A stretch of DNA of 64,000 nucleotides from Phoronis australis (taxonomy: Eukaryota; Animalia; Phoronida): NCBI GenBank assembly GCA_002633005.1, contig NMRA01000790.1, positions 1-64,000 of the forward strand, given 5' to 3'. Positions 37,101 to 52,099 of the stretch are shown one piece after another. The position numbers and the translations under genes were made by a program. Numbering within the stretch: the first letter of the stretch is position 1; the number at the start of each line of letters is the position of its first letter. Under the pieces are notes generated by a model, which had not been told where the DNA came from, did not search any database, and saw only the letters and a list, made by a program, of their open reading frames with translations.

Positions 37101-40100
37101 AGTGTTAGAGCACATTTTATTTTTCCATGATTTTTGGATACCTCAGAATTGAGCATTTTGCCTTCTATGCAAAAATTTAATCGGAAAAATAAATTTTTAA
37201 AAATTTTTTCTTTAATGTCCTGTGTATGTGCAATGACATGAGCAAAAAAGTAGGGTTTCCCAATTAGTTTTCAAGCTACAGGTATCTTAGCTCAAACAGA
37301 AAATTCACTTTCTCAAAAATATGCTAAATTACACAACTACAGCTGTGATTCACCTCATGATGATTTTGCCCTATCGATGGTAATGTGAAAAACGTTTAAG
37401 TTAAAGGGAATAAACTAACGAAACAAATTTCATCGTAAGTGAATTAAAATTTGCTGGTGTACAACGAATTAAGATGTAGTCATGTATAGTGTCTACACTT
37501 TTGTTTGTTAAAGAATTTATTTAGGAATGAGTAGAAAGTAAAAATAATAAAGTACCATTTGAATGACCACGTGATTCAACAGCCTAAAGATGGTAAAATA
37601 TTGTTCTTGTTTAAATAAGTTTGCAAAAATGTGGCTGCCATAGTTTTGGGTTCTCCTTGTTATATCAGCAGATTCCACAATTTAGAACAAAAACAATTGC
37701 CAAAGTTGCCATTTTTCCAGTTTAACAAGTAGCGAAGTAAATGTTTTCATTCTTTTTACTTTTGTTGAAAATTTGACAAAATAAAATTTTACTGTTCCAC
37801 CATATTGCGTTATAAATTGAGGAATCTTTACTTCAATGTATAGAGACCCTATCACTCTAACCAAGGTGTGGGAAATCTTTCTTAGCCACTGAAGTTAAAT
37901 TGCCAATCTCCTGTTGTCCTCTGCATGGTAATGTGATGCAAACAGAGCAATAAATGGTCAATACAGCTTGGAGGTCAACCTGCCAGTGTGTCAACTGGTT
38001 TATAAGAGTTGGACTTTGATTCAGAGATTTTGAGATTGTACACCCATAAATTAGGAGCCTGGTGAAAAGCAATGGTGTAAAGTAGAGGTTTAAAGATGGT
38101 GAAAAGTAAAAGTGAATAGAAAGAAAAGAAAAAAATACAAATTTATCAAAGACAGAACAACAAATTTCAGGCCAAAAGAATCCTCAAATATAACACATGA
38201 ATTGAATGTAGAGAATACAATGCTTTTGTGACAAACTTGTTCACTGTTTTGGGTACTACAGTTGCTTATACTGGTATGAAAAATATCCATGAAAACTCCA
38301 GCATAGAATGAACTTAAAGTTAATAAGTTATTATGCACCTAAAATACTTTAATTCTAAGGTGATTGCATTAGAATTAAATGGTCAAGTTCTAAGAAAAAA
38401 TGAACAATGACCTAGCAGTGTGCATAAACATTTTTAGGAATATATGATTAGTTGCTTAAATTTACTATCCCTCTTGGTGAGTGACTGTCTATTCTCAAGC
38501 AGTTCTTTAGTAGACCTGGCAAAGCCAACAATGCAGGGTATTAACTGATGTTATCAGGCTTGGCCTGAGCTAACTAATTCGATTACATAACTGGATACCA
38601 CTGTGGGGATAGTACTGGTTTTGAAATGAAATGGGGATGGTCAACCACCATTAGATATGACTGTTGAACTGCATATCTGATCCATATGAAAGTCTAGATT
38701 CATCAGCATCAATCAGTTTCACAACAGGCTAGTAGTTCATTTGTCACTTGCAATGTTAGTTTTTTCACTCTCATTAATGTTTTCACCAGAATTAGTGAAG
38801 GTGGTGTGGGGTGCCCTTGCCAGTTCTTGTAGTCAGTCTTAAATAAACAGAATTTGAGAAATTTCACTCACTCACTCTTACAGACATTCACACACATAAT
38901 TTGAAAATGGTGATAACAAAGATAATAAAAATACCAATAATAATAACACCAATAATAATAACACCTGGTAATTCTGATATTACTAATAGTAATTAGAACA
39001 ATAAAAAACATGTAGTAACAACTGCTATTATCACTATTTAAACGGCAGAGAAAACTGAGACTGTTGGGCTCTGGAAATGAAATAATATTATACCCCTATG
39101 GATATGGAATTGTGTGGTATTCAAAAGGCGTGGGTAATGAGCTTCGATTTTTAAAAGAATTTTGACAGCGTTGTATAGATATAGAAAATCAAATATGGCA
39201 AGAAGCTGTAAATTAGATGCATAGCAATTTTTCAAATTACATCTTAAAAAGGAAAATATTAGACATAGAGAAACCGTGTATGAGGTCTCCACTGGTGCAT
39301 ATTAGATGCACAAATCATTCGCTGATTATAGAATGATAAAGCTGGGACAACATTTTGAATGCTGAGAGAAGTTAAACTTCATTCAAGTTGGGACATTCGA
39401 AAAATTGAAATCAAGTACCTGACTTTTCAATTGTGTCCCCAGGCCTTAGAATTAGTTTTGAGATTCCAGTTGTCTCTTGAGAACTGTCCATATATTTTTC
39501 AAAAGTTATGCAAGCAAATGAAGAGCCAAGTGAAAAGAAATGTTGTGAAGTTCATGTTTTTGCTAATACGTGTAAACTGTCTGTACTAAACGATGATCGA
39601 ATGTGAACATAATAATGGGAATGAGCTCCACAAAGCCATTGGTTCTGGAACCATTCTGCTTGCGGAACAAATCCGAAACAGTAACATTGTTCAACTAATT
39701 ATTGTTAGGATTGTCACGTTGATACTTTCAAGTGGTATTGAAAATGGGATGCATTTTAACTTTATTGGGCAAAACAAAAACCCCGAAAAACCATTCTGTG
39801 TGGAAAATCGTTCCGCATGCGAAACGGTTCCGCAACTCACATTTAGGAAATAATTATTGTTAGGGTAGAAATTCTGATACATTCATGTTTATGCTTTTTG
39901 CACACTAAGATTTGAATATTTCCTGTCTTGTGTTAAACTCTACCATGAGCGGTTAAATGGCATAACCAAATGTCAATTTTTTCCGAGTCAGCTTGAGGTA
40001 GGTTTCTACAACACAAACCATTCAGCAAGTTCATCACTGATTAATTATGGTTCATGTTGACACATTGATCTGTCCATGTGTTATTGACAATATAATGTAT

Positions 40101-42094
40101 TTAAACTTTAATTCGCAAGCATGAATTTAAAAAAATGTGAGCTCCACAAAACCATTGTTTGCGGAACGGTTCAGTAACTGTCATATTGACCACCTAATTA
40201 TTGTCAGGATTGTCAGATTGATACTTTCAAGTGGCATTGATAATAGAATGCATTTTAAGTTCATTGGGCAAAACCAATACCAAGCAAAACCATTCTGTTT
40301 GGGAAAACGCTCCCCATGCGGAATGATTCCGCTTGCGGAACGGTTCCGCAGCTGTCGCATTGATCAACTAATTACAGTTAGGATTGTCACATCGATACTT
40401 TCAGGTGGCATTGATAATGGAATGCATTTTCAGTTGATTGGTGAAATAAAAACCCCGCAAAACCATTTTGTTTCGGAAATCGCTCCCCAAGCAGAATTTT
40501 TCCGCATGCGGAACAGTTCCCCAACTGTCACTTTTATTAATTAAATATTGTTGGGATAGAAATTCTGATACTTTGATGTTTAATGCTTGTTCCACATTAA
40601 GATTCAAATATTTCGTGGCTTGCGTTAAGGTTCTACCAAAAGCGGTAAAATGTCATAGACAATATGTCGATTTTTACCCGAGTCTGCTTGAGGTAGGTTT
40701 CTGCATCGCAAATCATTCAGCAAGTTCCCCACTGATTAACCGTTGTTCATGCTGACACATTGATATTTCCATATGCTATTGAGAATAAAGTATATTTCAA
40801 CTGAAATGTGCAAGAAAAATTTTTTAAAACTTGTGAGGATCACAAAAGTATTGTTTGCGGAACGGTTCCGCAACTGTCACTTTTAATAATTCATTATTGT
40901 TAGAGTAGAAATTCTGATACTTTTATGTTTAATGCTTTTTGTACGTTAAGATTCGAATATTTCATGGCTTGTGTTAAGGTTCTACCAAAAGCGGTAAAAT
41001 AGCATTAACAAGATGTCAATTTTTCGCCCGAGTCTGCTTGAGGTAGGCTTCTTCATCACAAACCATTCAGCAAGTTCCCCACTGATCAATCATTGTTCAT
41101 GTTGACACATTGATATTTCCATATGCTATTGAGAATAGATTATATTTGAACTGAAATGCGCAAGAAAATTTTTTTAAAACTTGTGAGAATCACAAAATTA
41201 TTGTTTGCGGAACGGTTCCGCATGCAGAACGGTTCTGCAAACGTCACATTTATTAATTATTGTTAGGGTACATATTCTGATACTTTTATGTTTAATGCTT
41301 GTTGTACGTTAAGATTTGAATATTTCATGGCTTGTGTTAAGGTTCTGCTGCCAAAAGCAGTAAAATGTCATAGACAATATGTCGATTTTTCCCCGAGTCT
41401 GCTTGAGGTAGGTTTCTGCATCACAAACCATTCAGCAAGTTCCCCACTGATGAATCATTGCTCATGTTGACACATTGATATTTCCATATGCTATTGAGAA
41501 TAGAGTATAGTTCAACTGAAATGTGCAAGAAAATTGTTTTAAAACTCGTGAGGATCAAAGAAGTATTGTTTGCGGAACGGTTCCGCATGCGGAACGGTTC
41601 TGCAACTGTCACATTGATCAACTAATTACTGTTAGGATTGTCACATCGATACTTTCAAGTGGCATTGATAATGTAATGTATTTTAAGTTGATTGGTGAAA
41701 TCATATACCCAGCAAAACCATTCTGTTTGGGAAATCGCTCCCCATACAGAACCATTCCGCATGCGGAATGGTTCCGCAACTGTCACATTGATCAAGTAAT
41801 TATTATTAGGATTGTCACATTGATACTTTCAAGTGGTATTGATTATGGAATGCATTTTAACTTTATTGCTCATGAGAATTAAAAATTTGCAGAACCGTTC
41901 CGCATGTGGAAGCCTTCTGCAACCGTCACATTGATTAATATATTATTGAGAGTGGGCACATTATACTCTCAAGTACTATTGAGAATGGAATGTAATTTAT
42001 GTTTATTGGGCCGGGAGAAAATTAAAAATTTTAGTCCTGTGCTAAACTTTTCTGTTTGTGGAACTCTTCTGGAACTTTCACATTGATTTTTAAA
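34123..42094. repeat. ~8-kb foldback-like structure: satellite array (34130-37050), unique spacer, same satellite inverted (39645-42085)
   Basis: Units of ~364 bp and ~172 bp each start with the palindrome GCGGAAC-C-GTTCCGC (starts 34150, 34514, 34878, 35227, 35401, 35765, 36133, 36305, 36670, 37033). The right arm is the reverse complement. Absent from the paralogous block at 58490-59398. Confidence 0.88.
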
Positions 42095-42942
42095 AATATT
42101 CCCATTCTTACAAATTAATAAGATGTTCCCCGGCACAGCAGTCACGATATTCTGCCGACAGATCAAGACTGGGTTAAACAGCCTATACATGTAGCAGTTA
42201 CGTAAATAGCAATGGTAGTTAAATTTCAGAAGACTGGAAATGACTTCTTTATTAAAGACATACTTATGCAGTTTTACAATTGTAAAATGAAGAACCCGTT
42301 TATTAGGCAATTATGTGAATGAAGCTCTTATTTCAAAAATAGAATGGAAGGAAGGGCTGGAAGTGGGAGACAGGATGTTGTGGAAGTGGTAACACGCCAT
42401 TGTTTAAGAATACTGTCTGATGCTGCAATAAAACAGAATCTGTATCAAAGGGTGGTCGATGAAATAATTAGTTTCTATGTTTTTTGGGTGTACGTCGTTG
42501 TTGTACTGTGGCGGCAAAGTCAATTGAATTTAAGCGATTAACGTGTTTCTCAGACTGGAATCGCAAAATACACAGAAGGACCTCCTTTTCCACAACAATA
42601 CATTCTTTCCTTTTTCATTCTTGTTTTTGGTTTCGTCCCCGTTAGTATGTACACCCTAATTTTAGCAGTCAGTAACCCCTGTTGAAGAAAGTTTTTTGTT
42701 TAGAGGGCATTTGATAATGGATTTTTACAACAAGAATTGTTAAAGAAAACCTAGAACTTGCAGACTGGATTTTTAGAATATTTTTCCTAACTTACAGTGT
42801 GTTATTGCGATGTTGGCGCAGAAATCATGTAATTACCGTGAGCTAATATCTGTAAATGCAGCACACTCAGCAACGTCCATTAAAATGACTCCTTATTGAT
42901 TGTAGATCACCCTGACTTGAGCACCTATTTTGTAATTCACAG

Positions 42943-43050
42943 CGCGGTCGTACCCCACTTTTCGAAGCAGCAGGAGCAAGCCTTTATTTCACTGAACCCA
43001 ACATGAAGTTGCTGCTAGAGCACAAAGCCAACGTGAATGCAGTGAATAAG
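42943..43050 (+). CDS. Single-ankyrin-repeat exon E4 (36 aa, phase 0/0)
   Basis: taattcacag|RGRTPLFEAAGASLYFTEPNMKLLLEHKANVNAVNK|gtagga; 108 nt, open. Confidence 0.87.
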
Positions 43051-44573
43051 GTAGGAAACAGTGGTGTGACAGGATTCAAAGTAAAAATGACATACCAGTC
43101 TGTTATTTTGATCGATACTTTTTGTTGACGCCTATTATTTCAGGACGTTTGATGTTGTGTACAGTGTAGCGTGCCTTTGTAATTAATGTTGGGAGCATTA
43201 ACATATTACGCCGTGAGTTGAGGGGGATGAATTTTGGAAAAGTTGACGATTTTTGAATGAAGGAGGTGGGAGGTTAAATTTATGGTGATGTCATCATGTG
43301 GTTTATTAGAACATCTCCATCACAGTACATATGGTTGGAAAACTGGTACACCTGTAGCAGAATCTGTCAATTTTTCGAAACCTACTGTTTCAAGCTTCAA
43401 AAAGTTGGTTATTTTTCACTAGGCTTATCTTATAAACACAGACAAACGGCAGTTTTACTTCATCACTGCCTATCACTGAGAATATTCATAGTGATGAAAA
43501 GCATAAGAGCTGGATTAGTTCTTCCAGCATCAGACGCGTTCATGTTTTTCGGGTGATGCGATGTACATTGTGACTTTGTTATGCATATACATGTATGCAA
43601 TGTTACGACAAAATATAATGTATTTCGTTATTCCATTATATGACAGAGTTTTTACTGCGCTCTCACGCTATTCCTCAAGTTTCATTGTTTAATGCCAAGT
43701 TTGCTCCACTGATGGCTGCTTCAGTTGAGACTGGGTTGAGAGTAACAGAAGACGATAGTGTTGTAGCATAGTATTGGCGACATATAAAGAGTTGTTATGA
43801 ATGATCAACAGTAATATTTCACATTTAATAACATTTCGCATTAATTGGAAGTTTCGGACCCAATGAATCTTTACACTGGACTTACTACATGTATTGGTCC
43901 AAGACCTTAAATTTCAAACAAGTTGTTAAAGTTGTAATGCTCAAAGGTTATAATTTTGTGTCATAGTGGAACATTCACTATTTGTATTTTTAACTTGATG
44001 AAGTGTAAATGAATTCATAGTGAGGTTTCTTGTGCAAACAATCCCATGAGTGGTCAACAAAGTTAAACTGCGGTTACTCGGACGTTCCAGGACCACCTTC
44101 GGGAGAACATAATGTTGATCTTTTTAGCACATACTCTTTGTACGCTATGAACTGTATGTTAGGGATTAGAGAGTGGTTTGCATTTCGACTAGACCAGGGA
44201 TCCGAGTCTTGCATGCTATCGGCGTGAATGCGAGCTTCAGCATTAAGTACTGTGTAAGTTCCTAACAACTTTTGAATATTGTATAATCACTATTTTATTC
44301 TGCTATTTCTACACATTTTATCATGCTGTTGTTTCCATGTGGTTAGAGGGTGACCTGAGTGAGTGTAACTTGATTTGACGGTCAGTAGAACACTTGGCAA
44401 CCAACCGCACTGCATCTTACTTGGTACTGTCACGCACGGGCAGATGACGATACTTTGTTCGTACACCTGTCAACTTCGACACCTTTGCATTTAATTTAAT
44501 TGCTAAAACTCGCGTTTCGGGAAAACACGTTTCATTGATTTGTGTAAAATCAATGGAAGCTGATTAAAAGTCC

Positions 44574-44991
44574 ACCATCACCACCACCACCACCACCAAT
44601 GTCCACCGTCATCATTATCACCATCATCATCACATCATCAACATCACCGTCATCATCACCATCGCCAACATCATCATCGTCATCATCATGATCATCATCA
44701 TCATCACATCATCAACATCACCGTCATGATCACCATCATCATCATCATCATCATAATCATCATTATCATCATCATCACCGTCATCATCATAATCATCATT
44801 ATCATCATCATCACCGTCATCATCATAATCATCATCATCATCATAATTATGATCTTCATCATCGTCATCACAATCATTATTACCATCATCATCACCACCA
44901 TCATCATAATCATCATCATCATCATCACCATCATCACCACAACACCATCACCGCCCTCACCATCACCATCATCATCATCAGCACCATCATC
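44574..44991. repeat. Imperfect (CAT/CAC)n trinucleotide microsatellite
   Basis: catcatcatc... seen directly; it explains the poly-M and poly-I ORFs. Confidence 0.95.
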
Positions 44992-47900
44992 AATGTATTT
45001 TAGGCCGTTGCTTTATTGCCACAAGGCTTCGCTAATGCGTTGATTCCTATTTCCATGTTTTGCATGACATCGTTTAGATATTTTGGACCTATTCAAATAA
45101 CTCTGAAATGGCAAAATTAAAAGCAATAAACATTTATATTAGTTCAAGTTTTTGTAGCGGGGCAATCCTTGGAGGACATAGGAAATTATCACCTGGCTAT
45201 AATGTACATGGTCGATATTGATACTTCATAACTCAGCTGGGGCATACAATAGTACAATTATCACTTTTGATACATGTACATAAGAGCACTAACACAAACT
45301 AAATCATTTGAGTCCCTTTGCTTAGGAGCTCCCAGAATGTTTAGAGATTTTGTGGTATGTAAACCACTGCATAATTTGGAGGTTCAAAATCTAGTATCAA
45401 TCCAGATATCAGTCTAGGTTTTTATAAAGGGAAAAATTTCTGTACAGTGTAAGCTCATTTAATTTTCCACACGAAAATCAATTTCAGAACCCCAGTAGTT
45501 CAAAAGATCACCACTTCTTAGTCCACAAAATATCAATTTATTTTAGGCTGTTGCTTAATTGCCACAAATCTTCGTTAATTGCTATTTTCATGTTTAGGGT
45601 GACATTGTTTTGACATTTTGGACGTATTCAAATAAATCTGAAATGCCAAAATTAGAAGCAGTAAGCATTTAACATTATTTGAAGTTAAACGCTGCAATCG
45701 GCGAAGCGCTGTCTACAAAACACCAGGTCGATATTTATACTTCTCAGCTTCGCTGGGGCATACAGTGGGCGCAACTATGGTCAACGTACACTGGATTAAC
45801 TCAAACGCATATTTTTGTGATCTTTTCACATGCCAAAATGCCACGTCGTTACCGGAATGTGAAATAATCCAAGCACTGCAGTTTCTTTAAGTGCGTGATG
45901 TGGTGGGGTCCTCCAATTGATGAAATAGCGAACAATACATCTCAGCATTTTCGATTGCCTGTGCTGCACTGGGACCATCCTCATCAGAGTTTGAGCTGCA
46001 TGCTCTGCCCTTCTGTTGTGAAATGCTCTACCTATCTTTCCGACCTTTTGTTGAAGTTAGTGCGCAGCCCATTGCACAATAAAAGTCACTCCATCGTTGG
46101 ATACCTGATTGCATTTTTTCACAATGGGAAATCAATGGATGAATATAAATACCTTAAAGTGATGTGCATAACATTTTCTTTGTTCCGCTGGGCACAGCTT
46201 GTTCTGAACCCAGTCTAAGCAAGAGATGATTGTGGAGAGGATAAAGGAGATTTGGAGAAAGTCTTTTACTGCTTTACATTCATTAAAATCATAACTAATG
46301 ATTAACATGATTTCTACAGCCAAGCCCAATGTAAATTGGGAATTATATTTGAAACAGGCGTGATCACTACAATAATGATTGATCGAAAGCCCCCTCGACC
46401 CCTGGAAGCCCGCACACCAAAACCCACTGGCACACACCTCTATCCACGACGCTCTTGACCCCCTACCCGCAACCCCCTCCACCCAGTCTACAGAAACTCA
46501 ACTTGATCTAAATATAGAACAAGCGCTAACTTGCAGTACGAACTAGTTTGGCTGTGAGCAAGGCTAGTTTTTTCCTGTTTTTCAAACTGAGAGAGTTGAT
46601 TCGTTAAGTTTTTAAGCCAAAAACAGAAAAAAAACAACGGTATCAAATCAAATCAAATCAGAGACCTACTGTACCAACATTACATATCGTATCGTTCCGG
46701 GCAGGGTGTAATCGTCTCGTCTGCTCTTCGGAGAATTCCAGATTCAAGCTATTTTTGGACATGTGTAATAGGATCACGAATACTTATTTTTTTCAGTTTG
46801 AAAAAATATGAAGTGGACTAAAAAGCAATCCAGAGGTATTTTTAGTATTTTGTTAAGGAGTATACTTCACAAAAATATAATGAAAATGACAAACTATGTG
46901 TATACACGTTATTATGCTCTCTCCCTAAATTCAGTGCAACATGGTCTATAGTAGTCACTGTGGAACTATTTCCCAGGCAGCCTGGAAGCTTTATGAAAAC
47001 TGTCGTCAAAATACAGCTAGATTGTGTGCTGAGCCCCCTTAGATCCCGAAATTTCATACAGCCCGGGTAGTTCTCGTCAGCTCGTTCTTAAAGTTAAATC
47101 GACACATAAATCTAACGACCGGCGGGGGTGCTTGCAAAATCAAGAAGTCAACCGATACTCCTCTTTGTCGGTGAAGCCGTCTTCAAGTGAAATACAGCTT
47201 TGCACCAAACATAACTACTTCCGTGACAACGACAGTGAACTCACAATCCGCCATTTCTTACGCCACTTTCTGTCTTTACCACCAGTCTAGAGCCAGAGCA
47301 GATTTGTGTAGCCAAGTCTTATGCTAAAGTCACCCAATGGCGATGTATCAAAATTAGGAAATGTGAAGAAAGAGTAAGCATACCTCAATCTCAGCAGGCC
47401 GTGGGGTCAAAGGGGTTGTTGGTCATGGTTCATGGGGTTGTGGAATGTGGAGGTCGAGGGGTGTTGCAATAATCCGCATAATGTCCTAGGTGCCACTTTG
47501 GATCTGGCAACTATGAATACTACGTACTTACTCTTTTAGATTACAATCGACACTTAGTAACCTAGTGTCAGAGATTTTATTACCAGCTTCTTTGAGTTTG
47601 GGGAGAAGGGAGCGAAGATAGGGGGCAATGATAATCGCTTCGAATTAGCAGCAGTGATTTTTAAGATACTACTCATTTTATTTGTCGCTTAACGTTGACC
47701 CTCTTCATTGTTTGAATGGCAAATTTAGTTAACAACAAAAGAAGAAAAGGGACATAGGACCCATTGCAACTACTGTCTATTTGTTGAGAGACCTCAACTG
47801 CTATTGGATAGCCTGCTTGAGCAACACAATTGAACAAAATGACTTGCGTGCACCATTCCTTACCATAGTGGCTTTAATATCCCCGATAATGAAGCAAGAA

Positions 47901-50732
47901 GTGAACTTCTAGAATCACCTTGATTTTTGCAGAAGATGAAAAACGAATTGTGCGAAACATCTATAGACGATCAAATTAAACAAATGTATAGTGAATCAAA
48001 TAAGTCACGGGAATAATTAGTGAAAGAAACGCACTGTGAGCCAAAACGATATGTCAGTGGAAAGAATAATTTGACACTCAATATTTTAAGAAAACTGTTT
48101 GTTAATACTATTTAATAAAAGATTGGTTTAATGGGAAGTCAACGCAAATATCCTGTATGAAGTCATGGCGGATTCAGAAAAAAAACACATACCATCGTTG
48201 ACAGAATTTCACCCTGAATGCAATGTTGGTGAAGGTTTCGAGTGAAAATGAACCGGCAGTGCTACTGTGCTCATATATATTCAGTTGTTTAAAAACATGG
48301 TAAATATCCAATACAAGGCAAAATTCATCAAGTGAAGACCTTACACTGTATGTATCATTTCCCATTCCCATTATGTGTTTTCTCTCATTGCATGAAACAT
48401 ACCTGCTTTTGATATTCTAAAATTGCTGCTTTCGGTATGCAAAAACGTGACATTTTCTTCATAAACATTGAAAGCCTATCCATAAGTCCAAAGCGGTTAC
48501 TTGTGTATGAGAGTCACACTAAGGTCACATACACAAAGTTTTAAGCTGAGTCTGAAAGATGACCTCTAGAGATATGTTCTTATTTCTTTTCATTTTCTCG
48601 GGAAATAGTCCTTAATAGATAATTTCTGTAGATACATATAGTGACTACCACATGTAGGCCTACATGTAGTATGCTTACCGCATGCTGATGATATTGCAGA
48701 TATTGCAAGTGCACCAAGACAGTTATAACAACGAAAAAATTGATGAAACGAAATTATGAGGTTCAGAAACTGGGATCCTCTAGAGAGCGTTAAAAGTTGT
48801 CACATAATCTCTAAATTGTTTTTAAGATGAGCTCGAAACAGCAACCTGGGGGACTCATGCTCAACATTTTTTAGGGGCCCAGCATATAGTGAATAATATC
48901 GAAGAGTTTCTCTCTATACTAAAATTATGTGCTTTGCAAAAATGAGAGACAGAGGGAGAGGTAGAGGGAGAGGAAGAAGGAAAGGGAGATATTTGTACTT
49001 GCAAGAGAACTTCTTTCAAGCAAGTCTAATTCAACGATAAGCAAATATTTTCTTGATTTGCCGCGCAACACGTCTAGTCCCGCTGTCTAATTCGCACATG
49101 AGACTTCCAAAACTCATAACACCAAGTGGAGACAACTTCGATTCATAGGTATTAATGTGTGTAACGTTAAGTAAGTATGGATATGTATCGTATATATGTA
49201 TATAACCCCTTCACAGAGGACCAACATACAGCAGAGTGAAATACATACACAAAACGTACCGAGAGTGGCATAGATGAATTCTTTGCGGACATTATTCTGC
49301 TTATCAAGCGACACAAAACGAAATGAACAAACTTGACATTTCCTCGGTTTTTAGGCACTTGCATTTACCCATTCAACTATAAAAACCGCTGTCGGGCGAT
49401 TAGGGCACCTTTCATTCAACAAAAAACGCTATCTGTACATGTTTGTGTTTTGCAGGGAACATTTCATCTTTAAGAGTGACTCCATATAAAAACCAACAGC
49501 TAGAGTCTATATCCAAAATGACAGATTTTTTTAAACTTAGCACATTAGTTTGGTTTGTTAAGATGTAGAAAAACCTTACTTTTTAGAATATTCATTTATT
49601 ATTTCTCTTTTGATGACCTGTAACTACATTTTGCGTCAAAATTTAGCGTCGAAGTAGGCGTGTTTGAATGCATTTTACTAAGGCGTATGGTAAGGTCAAC
49701 ACAATTGATTGATGCGAATTGAAAGGGTAATGGGTGAATAATTTAATGGCATAACTTTCAAAATCCATTTTTAAATATGTATGTCTTGATTTTGTAAGGC
49801 AAAAATGGCTATGTTGCAGGTTTTCGCTGAAGCCAGTTTCGGCCAAATTTGGAACTCTGTAGCAGCCATAACGCACCTTTCCAGAAATTGACCTTATAAT
49901 AATTTGTTCAGTCATTCCTAACCTGTTCATAATCTAAAATAAAAAATCTTGCCTCTACAGTAGTTTGTGCCTACGAAGCATTACAATCTGTCCTATTTGC
50001 ATGTTCTCAGTTGTCTCTGCAACCGATAGAGGGCTCTTGGAACATATAATTAGCTTGCAAAACACGACAGAAAAACCTTGTATTTTGAAGAAAAGGCATA
50101 CAGCATTACTAAATACCATTCACTGAAAACGACATTGATGATTATTGCTTATTACAAAAATATGTACGTAAATCTACTGGCATGCGTGCTTCTTAATGAT
50201 AGATGACACAGTAACACGAACCGTAACACGAGGACCTTGCTTTAATTCAAGACTTCGCGAGATATTGCCCTGCATTTTAAATGTGAACACGTGGTTTTGG
50301 ATAAATTTTAGAGAGGTTCTAGTGTTACTGAACTCATCGCTGCCTTACTCTTGTTTTCTATCTGCCTTGTTCAAGCCACAGGCAAAGGAAGGCACCCAAG
50401 CTGGATATGGCCCCCTGTTTAGAGCAAAAAATCCTTCAACTCGTCAATAGTCATTGTAACTTTGAGTTCATATTGTAATGTCCCTGCTGGTTGCTACAAA
50501 TTTTAGTCGCCACCAGTCGCCATAAATCTGGTGTTCCCCCCACTCACCGGGCACGCTAACGCTCAATATTTCTGACATTGTCATCATCAGTGGTATAAAA
50601 AGGCTGAAACGTTCCCAGTCAATAGAAAATAATTCACGAGAGACAATTTTATTAATGACTCACTCATGACAGACACGAAGTAAACAGAAGTAACGGTCTC
50701 GACTTCATAGCAAACACACTGAGTGACTGACT

Positions 50733-50786
50733 CTGTGGCGTAGCAAGGGGTGGTCAGTGGGGCCCAAGGTGCTCGCTATGCCACTG
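50733..50786. mobile_element. 54-bp hAT-like mini-MITE nested in Sola3
   Basis: TIR CTGTGGCGTAGC / CAGTGGCATAGC. 8-bp flanking duplication GACTGACT / GACTGTCT with one mismatch. Confidence 0.5.
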
Positions 50787-52099
50787 GACTGTCTAGTGTA
50801 ATTGCATCTCAACTGCAAACTATAATTAACTACGATAATACATATAACATATGACGAGCACGGTAAAACTCAAATTTTGATAAAAACAAGCTACTATTAA
50901 CATATCGATATCTCTGTTCCTCTTTCACTCTCATAACTGCTTTTAATTCTGTACAGCCACATTTCCACCCTCGGCTACTAGGACACATTTTGCCCCTGAC
51001 GTGGCCACCACAATTTCACAATAGACCAGCACCTGGCAATCCTCAACCACTGCCTCTCACCTAATTTGCACTCGGCCGCCACTGATTTCTGCCCCCTGAT
51101 GCTACCCATTTGACTCAAGTTGCAACTTACACTTGTTTCGGCCATGGACCATTCTGTCTCTCACAACCAAACACTAAGGCCCTGGCCACTATTCATTTGG
51201 GCCTCAGCAGCCAGTCATTCAGCCCCTGGCCAGCATCCATACTGACTTGAACTCTTCCTAGCTACCACTCATTCTCCTTCAGATGCCACCCACTTGTTTC
51301 AATTCATCCAAACCCTTATGATGTCGATATTTATTTGTGTTTCTAACAGATCACTAATTGTTAAAATGATACCAATACCTAAGAATGAACACATCTTAAG
51401 ATTTTTCATAACAAGATAATCCAACTAATAACTAAACTTCAACTTTTGTGCACTCTCAAGCACAGCTACAGACACGTGACAATATATGTACTTCCACTTT
51501 TAACTTTCCTGCCCATTTGGTTAAAAAACTTTCGTAAAAGTATCCTATAAGTTATTACCATATAGTTACTTGAGCTGAGCTGTAGATATTGTCCATTTTA
51601 TAATTCCGAGTTTTGTTCTAAATTCCCTCACTGATCGATGCGAGTGAAACAAAATTAACAATCCAAAACTGCTACAAACCAGCTGCTGACCTTCACCAAC
51701 CAGTCATAATTACCAGCAACTACACAAGACAAAGAAAGCACCAATTTCAAGAGCTTCCCATATCTTTGACTGGTTGTTATGCTACAAAACTAGGCTAAAC
51801 GTTGAGCTCATTTACCACTTCATTCAGTAAATCTGACGACGTAACAGCATCTTCAGCAGAAATAGAATCATCACCAGCATTGCTGCAGACAACCTCAAAA
51901 ATCCACCAATTTGCTATTCACTAAACATCACAGGTAAACATTTTCCCAGTGGGTTTTCGTAATGTTTTCTCCATTTTGGCACTTCCGAGGGTGAACGTTT
52001 TTATCTGACTTATCTCCTTCATCGAATATGTTCGTCATTCGTCTCATCCACACTGTACTCTGAGGCTGCGTCAATTGACGCTCCGGTTCTTGTATCTGA

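Noticed and set aside
34130-42085. CRISPR-like array of regularly spaced palindromes
   Set aside because: The intervening sequences are ~140-330 bp and homologous to each other, there are no cas genes, and the context is eukaryotic. It is a satellite.
33296-42310. Numerous 60-135 aa ORFs in and around the satellite
   Set aside because: Chance frames in repeated AT-rich units, with no conserved frame between units and no domain motifs.
44704-45043. Poly-Met and poly-Ile ORFs
   Set aside because: They are translations of a (CAT)n microsatellite.
45900-46260. Possible THAP remnant (W...KCYAHHF) on the minus strand
   Set aside because: Only a weak C..HF-like match, without the N-terminal CxxxxC or AVP motifs.
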